The notes beneath the pieces were generated by a model. It was not told the DNA's origin and searched no databases. It worked only from the letters and a program-made list of their open reading frames with translations. Both the position numbers and the translations under genes were made by a program. A stretch of 63,037 nucleotides of DNA, the filler included, from Klebsormidium nitens (lineage: Eukaryota > Plantae > Klebsormidiophyceae), in NCBI GenBank assembly GCA_000708835.1. It is 7 parts of 7 records of this genome, joined end to end, with 100 filler letters (N's around TTAATTAATTAA, not from the genome) between each part and the next. Parts side by side here need not be neighbours in the genome. Positions count along the whole stretch, not along the records: positions 32,080 to 44,054 come from DF238153.1; positions 44,155 to 48,550 come from DF238506.1; positions 48,651 to 58,804 come from DF238167.1; 4 more parts are not named here. The stretch is one strand, 5' to 3'. This document shows, one piece after another, positions 38,432 to 49,815 of the stretch (position 1 is its first letter; each line of letters opens with the position of its first letter).

Positions 38432-41152
38432 CTAGACAGAGTGTGCAAGTCTGCGCTGCGAACTCGGGCCGCGGGCGTCCTTGAGACCTACCGACCTCTC
38501 AATCGCGCGGGCCGCTCTATGGTGAACTGCCCGGGCCTGGCTACGCTGGAGGCTAACCGAAACTCGCTGACGGAAGTAGCAAGTAACCTAGATGCCATGG
38601 GTGCCGACTCTAGGCCACCCATCCTAAGCTCTACTGCACGTCTAGCACAAGTGCCCAGAAACTCATCGAAGGAGGAGTCCAAACACCCGTATGTCTCGAC
38701 CGCAAGGGGAATGAAGGTGTCGTCAGCGGGGTGATCGCCGTACTTCACCGCCTTCGCCTGCGGCGCATCCCGTGCTGCCCGCCCGCGCTCAATCGCTGCC
38801 TCCGGAAGCATCCCGTCTCTCAACGGGTCTGCGACCGTCACATCACGTCGGCGTCGGCTAGAATCCGAGAACCACCCCGGGAGTCTGCTCCGACCAAANN
38901 NNNNNNNNNNNNNNNNNNNNNNNNNNNNNNNNNNNNNNNNNNNNNNNNNNNNNNNNNNNNNNNNNNNNNNNNNNNNNNNNNNNNNNNNNNNNNNNNNNNN
39001 NNNNNNNNNNNNNNNNNNNNNNNNNNNNNNNNNNNNNNNNNNNNNNNNNNNNNNNNNNNNNNNNNNNNNNNNNNNNNNNNNNNNNNNNNNNNNNNNNNNN
39101 NNNNNNNNNNNNNNNNNNNNNNNNNNNNNNNNNNNNNNNNNNNNNNNNNNNNNNNNNNNNNNNNNNNNNNNNNNNNNNNNNNNNNNNNNNNNNNNNNNNN
39201 NNNNNNNNNNNNNNNNNNNNNNNNNNNNNNNNNNNNNNNNNNNNNNNNNNNNNNNNNNNNNNNNNNNNNNNNNNNNNNNNNNNNNNNNNNNNNNNNNNNN
39301 NNNNNNNNNNNNNNNNNNNNNNNNNNNNNNNNNNNNNNNNNNNNNNNNNNNNNNNNNNNNNNNNNNNNNNNNNNNNNNNNNNNNNNNNNNNNNNNNNNNN
39401 NNNNNNNNNNNNNNNNNNNNNNNNNNNNNNNNNNNNNNNNNNNNNNNNNNNNNNNNNNNNNNNNNNNNNNNNNNNNNNNNNNNNNNNNNNNNNNNNNNNN
39501 NNNNNNNNNNNNNNNNNNNNNNNNNNNNNNNNNNNNNNNNNNNNNNNNNNNNNNNNNNNNNNNNNNNNNNNNNNNNNNNNNNNNNNNNNNNNNNNNNNNN
39601 NNNNNNNNNNNNNNNNNNNNNNNNNNNNNNNNNNNNNNNNNNNNNNNNNNNNNNNNNNNNNNNNNNNNNNNNNNNNNNNNNNNNNNNNNNNNNNNNNNNN
39701 NNNNNNNNNNNNNNNNNNNNNNNNNNNNNNNNNNNNNNNNNNNNNNNNNNNNNNNNNNNNNNNNNNNNNNNNNNNNNNNNNNNNNNNNNNNNNNNGTGGG
39801 CGGCCGAACCGATGGGGACGCCAAGACCTACGATGCTGTGGGGGGGGCGCCGGAACTCGGGGGGGATGGGAAGGCGGGGGGAAGCTCGGCGGTCGAAAAG
39901 ACCGCGCACTTTGCCAGCTTCACCCGTAGGCTCAGCGTGGCTAGGCCGCCCTGCAGATGCGCGAAAGTGTCTGCGGCTCGCACTGGCGCGTTGACGATGT
40001 GAGTATCGTCAGCGTAAGAAGGGAGTTGGACATCCGGAAAGGCTGCGCACGTGGCGGAAAGGGGGCAGTGGTAGGCTAGGGCAAACAGAAACCCGGCTAA
40101 AGGGTCCCCGTGCCGTGACCCCGTGCTGGACTGCAACAACTCCCAATCCCCGCTATCCCGTCTAAGTAGCAACCGGGACGGCTCCCCATAAAAGCAGCGG
40201 AAAAAAGGGAGGAGCTCCAGGAAGTGCAACCGGAGCTCATCAAACATGGCTACACGATCAACCTCGTTGAACGCGTTGGCCAAGTCGACCTGCAGAACCA
40301 GCGTCTCCGGCTCCAAATCTAAGCAAGCCCGGATACCAGCTACAACCGCCTCACATCCCCCCGGCGTCGCCACCCCATACTGAAGCGGAGAGAAAACTCA
40401 CGAAAGCGCTCTCTATACTGCAGGCGCACCGCCCGAGCTACGAGCCGATGCAAGACCTCTCCCACTGCCAACGGTCTGACCCCATCCGGCCCCCCCTCAA
40501 CCCGCTTGGCCATAGCCAAAAGCCGAGAGCTACTAAGCGCGGCGCGCGCACGTAGGGGCACCAAACCCCGTGCGATAAGGCAACAGACCGAATGGAAAAC
40601 GGCAAACGTGGCCGGCGAATCCCCCAGAATGTCACGATAGTGCTCGTACACCAACCCCGACGGCCCACCAGCAGATAGACTAGGCGCTGATGCCAGGGCG
40701 GCATGAAGAATCTCGGGGCTAAGAAGGCAGGAATCGACGGGCTTAAAAGTAGCTACCCAATCAGGAATCGGGGACGGCGCTGCAGGATGCAACTGTCTAA
40801 GGGTTTGAACAGTCTCCTCCGTAACGGGAGCCGGTCTGCTCGACTCCAAAGCTCTAGCTGCACGGCTAAGCTCACCCGCCCGTTCAAGCCGAAGACTAAG
40901 GCGGATCCTGCGCGCCTGCACCTCCTCAGTGGTGGGCTCACCCGCGGCAGCCCCATGCTCCCCCTCCTCAAACCGCTCCGCAAGAAGATCCTCGTCTTCG
41001 TGGTGATCGTCCAGCAGGCCCTCCCAATCCCCGCTCTCGAAGCGGCGGCATCGCTCCTTGAGGTTGCGCAGTCTAGCCTTGCCCCCCCGCACCAGTGCCC
41101 CAAGGAGAAGGAGAAGGATGGCCCATGCTCCCTCGTCGGTGTGATCGGCCAC
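38432..41152 (-). mobile_element. Degenerate CRE-clade non-LTR retrotransposon (RT plus C-terminal restriction-like endonuclease), interrupted by a gap
   Basis: GELSRAARAL, SAGGPSGL..EH, GVRPLAVGE.L.RL, QYGV...GG.EA (frameshift near 40380), LQVDLANAFN.VDR, GSRHGDPL..FLF, SYADD; after the gap DVTV...A...KAVKY...FIPLAVETYG, then (frameshifted) YFRQRISVSLQR, stop at 38432-38434. Confidence 0.85.
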
Positions 41153-41734
41153 TATCCTCTTAAGCGGTAAGAGAAGGGCTCTAGCTAGATCGCCACGAGC
41201 GGCTTGTGGGATGCGAATTTGGCGCGTCCCAAAGCCGGGAAGAAGCTCCTCCTCGAGGTCAACCTCGGTCGCGGCCCATTCTCAATCCGCGGGGGTGGGA
41301 ATGGCATGCGGGCTCCATTAACTCCATGCCCTTGGAATTGTTGGACCTGCAATGCCTCCTTCCTATCGCACGACCTTTTATGCGCCGCCCCAAGCCCCTT
41401 CAAGTTAGCACCTTTACATTGCTTGGCGCATCGCGGGCACCTTCGCCAATCTACTTGGTTTCAGCATCCTGAGGCATCGTGACGTTGCGCAGGGAGCGGT
41501 ACTAGCATCCGGCAAGGCTGTGTTGGTGCCATGAGAGCTTTGCGGGGAGCCTTCAAGCACCGGACAAATGGTGCCCGAATGAGGGAGATACTATACCTCC
41601 CGCTACTCGCGGCAGCCATGGCGCCAGATTTGAATTCGGAGCGCCCTACTAGCCGTTGCACACTACCCTAAGTTATAGGTTGTAGCGGCGTAGCCGGGTG
41701 AACTGCATACCGTAACATTTCAGGAATACCGGTA

Positions 41735-42303
41735 CCGTAGTTCAACGTGATGATTCTGAACGATTATGTTTCGAACTATTTTCCAACAATCCGACCAAGA
41801 AAGTGAAATTTTTATTCTGATTCCGACCAAAATCCGAATGCCCTATGGTCTCACTCAAAAGGGAGCTTTTGGCTGGTTTTGGCTGTTTTACGGCTTCCTA
41901 GGATCATTTCGGGGTTATTTGAACTTTCCGGAAATTCACTTTCCGAATGGGTGATCCAAATTTCAGACTTTCCGAACGCATGTAATTATTTATTTATTTG
42001 GAATCATCACGTAGGCCTATCCTGGACCCAGAGGTTGCCAGAGTTGCCCGCGACGTTGCGCAACTTTCTGCGATTCTTCGCGACTTTACGCGACTGCTCC
42101 GCGACTTTGTTTCGCGATCTTCGCGACTTTCACAAGATCTTACTAAGCTTTCGGAAACATGTTTCAAGCAAGTTTTGTGTTTAGATTCTTGCAATGCTCC
42201 GCAACGTTACGCGACTTTCCGCGACTTTCCGCGACTTTCGTTCGCGACGTTCACCGCGACTCTGCGACCTCCGAGTCCAGGATAGGCCTTCACGTTGACG
42301 GGT
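41735..42303. mobile_element. Outer MITE-like element with TA|CCGTAG left end; right TIR interrupted by an inner element
   Basis: Left end ta|ccgtagttcaacgtgatgattc (41735-41756). Removing the inner element and one TSD copy restores the right TIR gaatcatcacgttga (42001-42012 plus 42296-42298). AT-rich interior. Confidence 0.6.
42013..42289. mobile_element. Inner 277-bp non-autonomous TIR element with 6-bp TSD and internal CGCGAC repeats
   Basis: Perfect 15-bp TIR aggcctatcctggac (42013-42027) / gtccaggataggcct (42275-42289), extending imperfectly to about 26 bp; flanking direct repeat tcacgt at 42007-42012 and 42290-42295; ten co-oriented cgcgac units inside. Confidence 0.8.
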
Positions 42304-42775
42304 GGACTATGGTACTAGTATTAAAGCTCAAGGAGTACCGATAGTATAAGATTACCAGCCTTGGACGGAAAGGGTTAGTTTGGGGGTTTAGGGTGGGTAC
42401 GGGTGCGAAGCAGGTAGATTTACATAATAGGTTAGGTTTTTAGTTGTTCGTTTGAGCTACTATACTACTATACTATTCCGGGTCGATCGTACGCCGTACA
42501 ATCGACGTACGTGACGTTGCCGCTTTGATTTACTATATTACTGTTAAGGTGCCCGGAAGGTATACCCCCGGGCGCCCATGCCTTCTACGAGACTTCTGAA
42601 ATTGAGTTCGGGTGACAGTTTTAAGAAGTTTGTTCACACAGGCTCAAGGGAAGGTTTTTGCTTGACCGGCAGAGTTACCAAGAAACGGTCATCCCTTACC
42701 CCCCTTCCTGCAGTGCGCGTGTCTCCTTTTCACCTCCTTCGTTCTTACCCCTCCTTTTGCTTCCTCCCTTCACAG

Positions 42776-43918
42776 GACATTGTCGTTTACGTCACCCCCG
42801 CCTCCCGCCCCCCTGTATCCACCGGATCCTCCGCCTACGAGGGCTCTATGACGTTCCTCCTCAGCTCCGACTTTGTCGACGGTTTTCCCTCTGCCGCCTT
42901 GGCTGCCAATGCAGTCCGTGCTGCTTTGATGGCTCGCCCCGAGTATCCGTGGATGCGTGTGTACGTCCCTGCCCACACCACAGACGTCAGGGGGGTGAGC
43001 ATCCGCGACTTTTGCCGTTTGTACCTCCCAGGCTCTGTCTCGTTCCAGCAGCTGCACCGCCACTGGGCTCCGGAGGGGTTTCCCCTCACGGCGACCACTA
43101 CTCGATCGGGGGTCGTCCTCAGGACTTCCTTCGTATTACACCTCCCTTGGGAGGTTGGGTCACGTACGGCCCCGAGCAGCTCGTGTTCCCCCTCACGGAC
43201 TCCGACCGCTTCGCCCGCCTGGACGACCCGCCGGCGCACATCATCTCGGCGATCAACCTCTTCTATCGCGAGCACGACATCCCCGCCACCGAGCGCTTCA
43301 CACGCGAGCGCGTCACCTTCGACCACGACGAGCAGGGCAACGTTCGCTTCACCGTCACAATGGACAAGTTGTGCCCTGCCGCCCTCGTTATGATGCGAGA
43401 CTTTCGCATCTATCCTGAGGGGTTTGCTCGTCAAGAGTCCTCTTTCACCAGGAACCCGGTTCTCAGCATCATTCTCAATGAGAAGCGTCAGTCTGCGTCT
43501 GACGGATTTGTCCAGGTTCGGCCTAGGCCTTCTGCCGCGCGCGCTCGCCTTGTGAAGCTCTTTTCGGCGGTACAGTTCGTCTTCGACCGTTTGCTGGCCC
43601 GCGAGCGCGCCCGTGCTGCGGCTGCCCGCCGTGGCAATGTGCCGTCCATCGTGGAGCTCGCAGACGCAGGTGAAAATCTCGTCCCTCAGGAACTACAATC
43701 GCTACTCTGTGTCCCTACAATCTTCAACCTTCCCTTCTCACTCGTTGCTCTCTACTTGTCATAACCTCCGTTTCCACTGCCTGCCTCTGGTGTCGCCCCG
43801 CATTTCCTCCTCCCTTTCTCCCAGTGCGTTTCAAGGCGGACCTTTCCCACAACTTCCATACTTTCCTGCAGCCGGCCCCGCTGGCCCCGCCGGACCTGAC
43901 CAGCCGATGGCACCGTAG
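42776..43918 (+). CDS. Orphan spliced ORF of unknown function with one frame break at a G5 run (pseudogene, sequencing error or frameshift)
   Basis: Polypyrimidine acceptor at 42774-42775, first ATG 42848, coding-like GC3-rich codons; frame changes at ggggg 43108-43112; donor 43670, pyrimidine-rich intron, acceptor 43870-43871, last exon AGPAGPAGPDQPMAP* (TAG ends 43918). No family recognised. Confidence 0.45.
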
Positions 43919-44154
43919 TCGGCCCCCCGCCTTGGCGTGCTGCTGCACCGCTCTTCAGCAGGTATCCTCGCTTTCTACCCTAACCTCCGTCGTCCGTCAC
44001 CACCCTTCTACATCAACCTCTGCCGCCGGTCCGCCAATTATGCTTGTTGAGAATNNNNNNNNNNNNNNNNNNNNNNNNNNNNNNNNNNNNNNNNNNNNTT
44101 AATTAATTAANNNNNNNNNNNNNNNNNNNNNNNNNNNNNNNNNNNNNNNNNNNN

Positions 44155-47100
44155 GAAGGAACGGAAACGCAGGAGAGCGACCTCGACGACGAAGACGCAG
44201 GGATGCCCAAGCTGTTGCCCCCGGAGGAAGGATCCACGGAGCCGCCGCCGATGGCTGATGACATCATGACGTCAGCCCCCGCTTTTCCTGCCTCAACGAT
44301 GGAAGGCGAAATCGGCGAACCTACTCCCCCAAGCGCAACCCTGATGCAGGAAGAAGGCGCCGTCCTGCTCGGCTTCGCGGAGAACGGCGGCGATCAGGAC
44401 TCCTTGGACTTTTCTGACTGCGACGAAAGCGCAGAGGAAGAGTGGCATGAGTCAGCACTCTTGTCCTGGATGGCGGAAGCTCGGGCAGAAGGAACGGACC
44501 CCCCCACGTTAGCGGAGGTTTTGGACAACTTCGTCGCCCTTCACATCATCCGTCCGGGAGCTACTTGGACCAATGGCCTGACGGAAAGGCCAGGAGAGGA
44601 AGAAACGCAGGCGCCAAGTGATTACGTCAGCAATCCGGAAGGCGAACAATTCGACTCAGATGACGACGTTCCCGACTTAGTCCCCTACGCGGACGAGGAA
44701 GAGGACGAGATAGGTGAAGCTAACTTCGTAGTTGTCCCCCCGGCCGTGGCGCCGGCGCCCCGAGCGCCGCCCGCTCGCCGGGGGAAGCTCAGATTTCGCT
44801 CCGACATCGCGCTCATGGGCACAGCGGCGTTCACCCAACTTTGTTACACGGATGACACCGTCTCCTGGCTGGAACAATTCGAGGACCCGGAAGAAAACTC
44901 TCCGGCAGATGCGGAGCCTCTGTGCTCCCCGCCTCGACCGTTTAGGAACGAGCCCCCGGACAGACCCGACCGGGGCATTGTACTCTCCTCCCCGCAGGAA
45001 GTCCGCTGCTTCTTCGACGAGATGATGCGGCAGAACGTATACTCTCCGGATTATGCTTCGAACAGAATCAGAGAGTATGAGCAGACGTTCCTTCAATTCG
45101 ACGTGGACGAGATCCTGCACCCCATACCCACACCTCTACTGGCTGCGCTACCCCCCGGATTCTGCGCTACCGTCCTGTTAGCCGAAGCGGAAGTAGAGGC
45201 TGGTGACGCTCGCGAACGAGAGCGGACAGATGATTGGGGAGAGGACATATTCGGGCTCGAGCTTCCGCAGGTCCAAAAAGCAACGGACTGCCCCGAGGTC
45301 GAAGCGAAACCGCTCCCTCGACTTCCCCCCGAGGAACAATGGCAGTCCGTCTTGCCCCAACTGCAGATCGCAGAAAGCTTAACTCCGGAGCAAAAGAAAA
45401 ACCTTCTTGACGTCCTCAAGCGTCACCCTCACGCCTTCTCCAAAGATCCATCTGACCTAGGGTTGGTAAAGGGGTACACTCACAGGATCGACACCGGGGA
45501 CATCAAACCCATTCGGGAAGGCCCCCGGAATCACAGCCCTTTTGAAAAAGATGAAATTGACAGACAAATGAAACCCATGGAAGACTACAATGTGGTCCGC
45601 AGGTCAAGCAGCCCCTATGCGGCAGCTGTCGTGCTTGCACGAAAGAAAGGGGGCAAGTGGCGCTTCTGCGTCGACTACAGGAAAATCAACCTGGCGACCG
45701 TACCTAATCGGTACCCCTTGCCGCGCATCGACTCCATCTTTGACAAGTTGGGGCGAGCGACTTACTTCACTTCGCTCGACGCGCAGGCAGGGTATTGGCA
45801 AATCCGGCTGCACCGGGAGGATGTTCAGAAAACGGCATTTCTCACCCACCGCGGTCTATTTGAATTTCTCCGGATGCCGTTCGGCCTGACCGGAGCCCCG
45901 GGGACTTATCAAATGGTCATGGACCAAACCCTGCAGGCAGAGATCAGCGGACCTAAGCCATGCGTGACGCAGTACCTGGACGACACTTAGCTCTACTCCG
46001 ACGACTTCGCAGAGCACCTTTCTGCGTTAGACACCGTTCTGACGAAGCTCGAGGCCATCGACCTTAAGCTCTGCCCAAGCAAGTGCCACTTTGGTGCCAG
46101 CGAAACCGAACATCTCGGGCACCTTATCCGGCACAATCAACTCTTGCCCACACCGGAAAAGGTTCGCGCAATCCGAGATTGGTATGAACCAATCAACCCT
46201 ACGGAGATCAAAAGCTTCCTAGGGATGCTGGGCTATTACAGGATCTTCGTCCCCCAGTTCGCATAGCTGGCCAAGCCGCTTCACGACCTGACGAAAATCG
46301 GAGTCCCCTTCGACTGGGGCCCGCACCAAGCGGAGAGCTTCAAGCTGCTCAAACAGGCTCTGATCGATGCGCAGGCGCTCACCCGACCTGATTTCGAACG
46401 CTAAGCCGTTCCTTCTGGATACGGATTACAGCAAGCTTGGCATCGGGGCAACCCTCAGCCAGCTTAACGAAGAAGGTCGCGAGTGCCCGGTTGCATTTGC
46501 GTCTCGCGCACTCCACGGCGCCGAAGCCAACTATTCTGTCACGGACGGAGAGTTGCTAGCCATGGTCTGGGCGATAACGGACAAGTTTCGCTCTTACCTT
46601 TTCGGGGGCCCCACTTTTACAGTGCGAGTCGACCACAACCCCCTCGTATGGCTTCACCAACAGACCGGGCTGACGGGGCGACTCGCGCGCTGGCACTGCA
46701 AACTGTTGGAGTTTAACTTCACAGTTGTTTACAGACCGGGTCGGCTCCACTCAAACGTGGATCCCCTTTCCCGTAATCCGGTAGCAACCCTACCTTGGGA
46801 ACAGGACGAAGACCCCGACGAGCTTCCCAGCTATGCAGCGCCGGATTTTGAATACCCACCCTCCCTCCCTCAGGTCTCTTTGTGCGTAGTCGCCCGGGAC
46901 GTCGACTTTAGCGAGGGGATGGAATACTCTCCTTGCACACCGGATGCAGACTCTCACATGGACCTTACGCAGGAGGATAGAGGTTCTCCGGTCAAGATGA
47001 CTTGGGAAACAGTGAACGACGGCGCAAGCGACTGGGAGGACAAGTCCGGAGAAGAAAGCGCTAGCGAACGGGAGGAAGTGACTTTCCAACCGCGCAAGCT

Positions 47101-48550
47101 GTTCGAAGAAGAGGAGGAACTCCTCATAATGGAAGAGGAAATCACCTTCCAGGATTGGGCGGCTCCGGAGGGGCTCACAATCCTGACCATCCTTGCAGGA
47201 GAGACCACGGCCTTGGAACCCCCCGAACGAATGCAGGGACTTCCGGAAATCCCGGCTCGGGCACGCATAGTTCTGGAGGAAGAAGAAATGGTAGAACAGC
47301 TGACACGAGACCTGGACAGGCACCTGGGCTTGGACGCACAACAAATCCTGGAAGCGGCAACACGCAAAGGGGAAGCGGAACTTCCGGAGCCAGATGGCTT
47401 TGATGCTCACGTCCAGCAGGTCCTAACTCGACGCAGGAACTTTCTGCGAAACGGGGGAGTAAATACCCCTTTAGCGGAAAGCACTCTAGTGGAAAGAGTG
47501 GCCATAACGATCCTCCAGTTGCCCGAATGCGGACCCAGAGGAGGTTCTGGGGGAGGCCAAAAAGGCCATCCTGAACATGCGGCAAGACTTGCGGGAGAAC
47601 CTCCTAGCTCGGGGTGGCCAGAATCCTAGCGAGGGGATTAGGGACAACTCCAACGAAGCCGGCGCCGCCCAGATGGAAACATTCTCCCTGGAGCACCTTC
47701 CCCGGCCCGAACCGGAGCACTTCCTGTGCGGAGATGCAGAAGTAATAGCTTGGCTGTGCCGCGGACAACTTCCAGCATTCAAGGAAATGACGGCCAAACA
47801 GCGCAAAGAAGCGCGCCGCCAAATCCGGGACAGAGCTCGCCGCTTCTTATTCGAAGAAGGCAGGCTTTGAAAACTGGACGCGCCCCCAAAGCGCAAGAAT
47901 CGAGTGCAGGGGCCGGTCCGCAGGCGTGCCGTTTTGACGGAGGAAGAAAAACAAATGGTCTTGGAAAAAGTACACAATCAGGGAGGGCACCCCTCTATTC
48001 CGAAGACGAGAAAGCTTTTGTAGGCACGATTCTTCTGGAAAGGAATGTACGAGGACGTGCGCGACTTTATCAAGTCCTGCGTCGCCTGTCAATTCGCCAA
48101 CCAACCCACAACAGAGCGAACGAACGGCCGAAAGCTGACGAGCACAGAGGTAGACCTACCCCTTGAGAAAGTCGGCTTCGACTTGCTCGGGCCATTCCCC
48201 CCAACAACAGAGGGATACGAGTACGTCTACATTTGGTACGACTACTTCTCCGGCTGGATTGGTGCAGGGTTGGGGAAGACCAAGCAGTCTGCGGAGGTCG
48301 CGGAGTTCCTTAAAATGGATCTCTTTGCGGCCCACGCCTGCCCGGCACTTATAATCATGGACAATGACGCGCACGTCGGGGAGGTAAAAGACCTCTGCCA
48401 ACGGATGGGGACACAAGTGCAGGTGATTGCCCCCTACTCCCCCTGGATGAACGGAGGAGCGGAATCTTCGGTGAAGATTTTCACCAAGAATGTTCGCAAG
48501 CTGGTGATTCAGTATGGACCTGACTGTGTGTCTCACATCTACGAGGCCTT
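44155..48550 (+). mobile_element. Decayed Ty3/gypsy LTR retrotransposon pol (RT, RNase H, integrase), both ends in gaps
   Basis: RT: SSPYAAAVVLARKKGGKWRFCVDYRKIN, YPLPRID, LDAQAGYWQI, MPFGL, YLDD; RNase H: LDTDYS..GIGA.LSQ, ELLAMVW, VDH.PL, RLARW, NVDPLSR; integrase: H...GH...C..CQ and FDLLGP...YDYFS...MDN...NGGAES. Order RT-RH-INT. In-frame TAG at 45988, 46264 and 48021 plus a frameshift near 46400. LTRs not identified. Confidence 0.93.
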
Positions 48551-49815
48551 NNNNNNNNNNNNNNNNNNNNNNNNNNNNNNNNNNNNNNNNNNNNTTAATT
48601 AATTAANNNNNNNNNNNNNNNNNNNNNNNNNNNNNNNNNNNNNNNNNNNNATCATATAGACTACAACACCGTATAATCAACTAGCTAGAGCTAAATAGCT
48701 TTTTACAATAAGATCAGTCAAAATTGCTTCACGTGTGACCCGACGCCGGTTTTAGAGACCAACCATCGAATTTGCCTGGCGCGCCGAGGAAAAGGAGAAA
48801 GTTGCCTCGCGACCGTGTTTTAAGTATCGATCGCTCCCATTCTCGGTGAACTAGTCGAGCAAATTTGCCAGTGTGCTAGGAGGAGTGGCATGCTTCCGAT
48901 TTGAAATTCGAGAGTTCACGAGCCGGGTTGGTAGTATAGACTGACGAACCTTGAAGAGGGCCTTGCGGAAATGGATGCATGCATGCTGACGGAGCTAGAT
49001 ACTCAAGCTCTGGAACTGCATTTGAGTGACTTTGCCAACTTTCCATGCAATTGAAAACCACCATACGCGGCTAAGTCAGGCATTGCGGGTCACAGGACAC
49101 GCGCCCTCTTTAATGAAGTCGATCCAAAAAGCTATTGTACTTGCTCGTGAAAAGGTTAATTGTTTGGATGGCGGGAACTTGATCTGTTTGGTTTGTAGAT
49201 AGACGTGCTGTGAATCTGCACACACAAGGTCTCAGTAGTGGCGGCGGAGACTGGTTCAATCAGCATATCGACAAATTCGGACCACCGTGCGTCGAATGGG
49301 GGACAACAATCGTCTAGAACGAACGAGCCATCATGGCCCACCATAGTCGACCTGCGACTCTATGATTACAATCTTGACAAGCAACAAACATCGTCTCCGA
49401 GATAAATCCTTGACTTGCATCAAGCTGTTCGATATTGAATTCTTTTAATGGCTACTTCGACGAGTAAGAAGTCAACACTCACTCTGACCTATCTTCACGG
49501 ACTGCTCTGTAAGCTTAATCTTCTCATTCAACCCCTAGGGCTGAGGTACTGACCAGACCAACTTCGCTCGCAACCCTCAAACACTGAACGCCCAACGACA
49601 GCAGACAACGCGCTCGCCGGTGACCAAGCCCGCATCTTAACTTAACGCTGTTCTCCGCGAATGATTGACCTGGATGCAGCTCCCTGCTCTGAGCGCTTGT
49701 ACCTACACGGTTTTACACCTTGCTTCCGAACATTCCCTTTGCTCGCTCTGGCTGCCCGTCTTCCGCGTTGACCTGCCGTCTCTCTTCCGCAGGCTCCCTT
49801 GCCCACCTGCGCGCC

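Noticed and set aside
33257-40002. Long ORFs at 33257-34207, 33562-34380, 38488-39909, 38731-40002 and 38838-39824
   Set aside because: Length comes from translating N runs.
42040-42270. CRISPR-like array from the CGCGAC repeats
   Set aside because: Units are 6-9 bp, irregularly spaced, inside TIRs; no unique spacers or cas genes; eukaryotic context.
42300-42570. Candidate LTR for the 44-48 kb gypsy element
   Set aside because: No second copy in the window and no TG...CA, PBS or PPT could be assigned.
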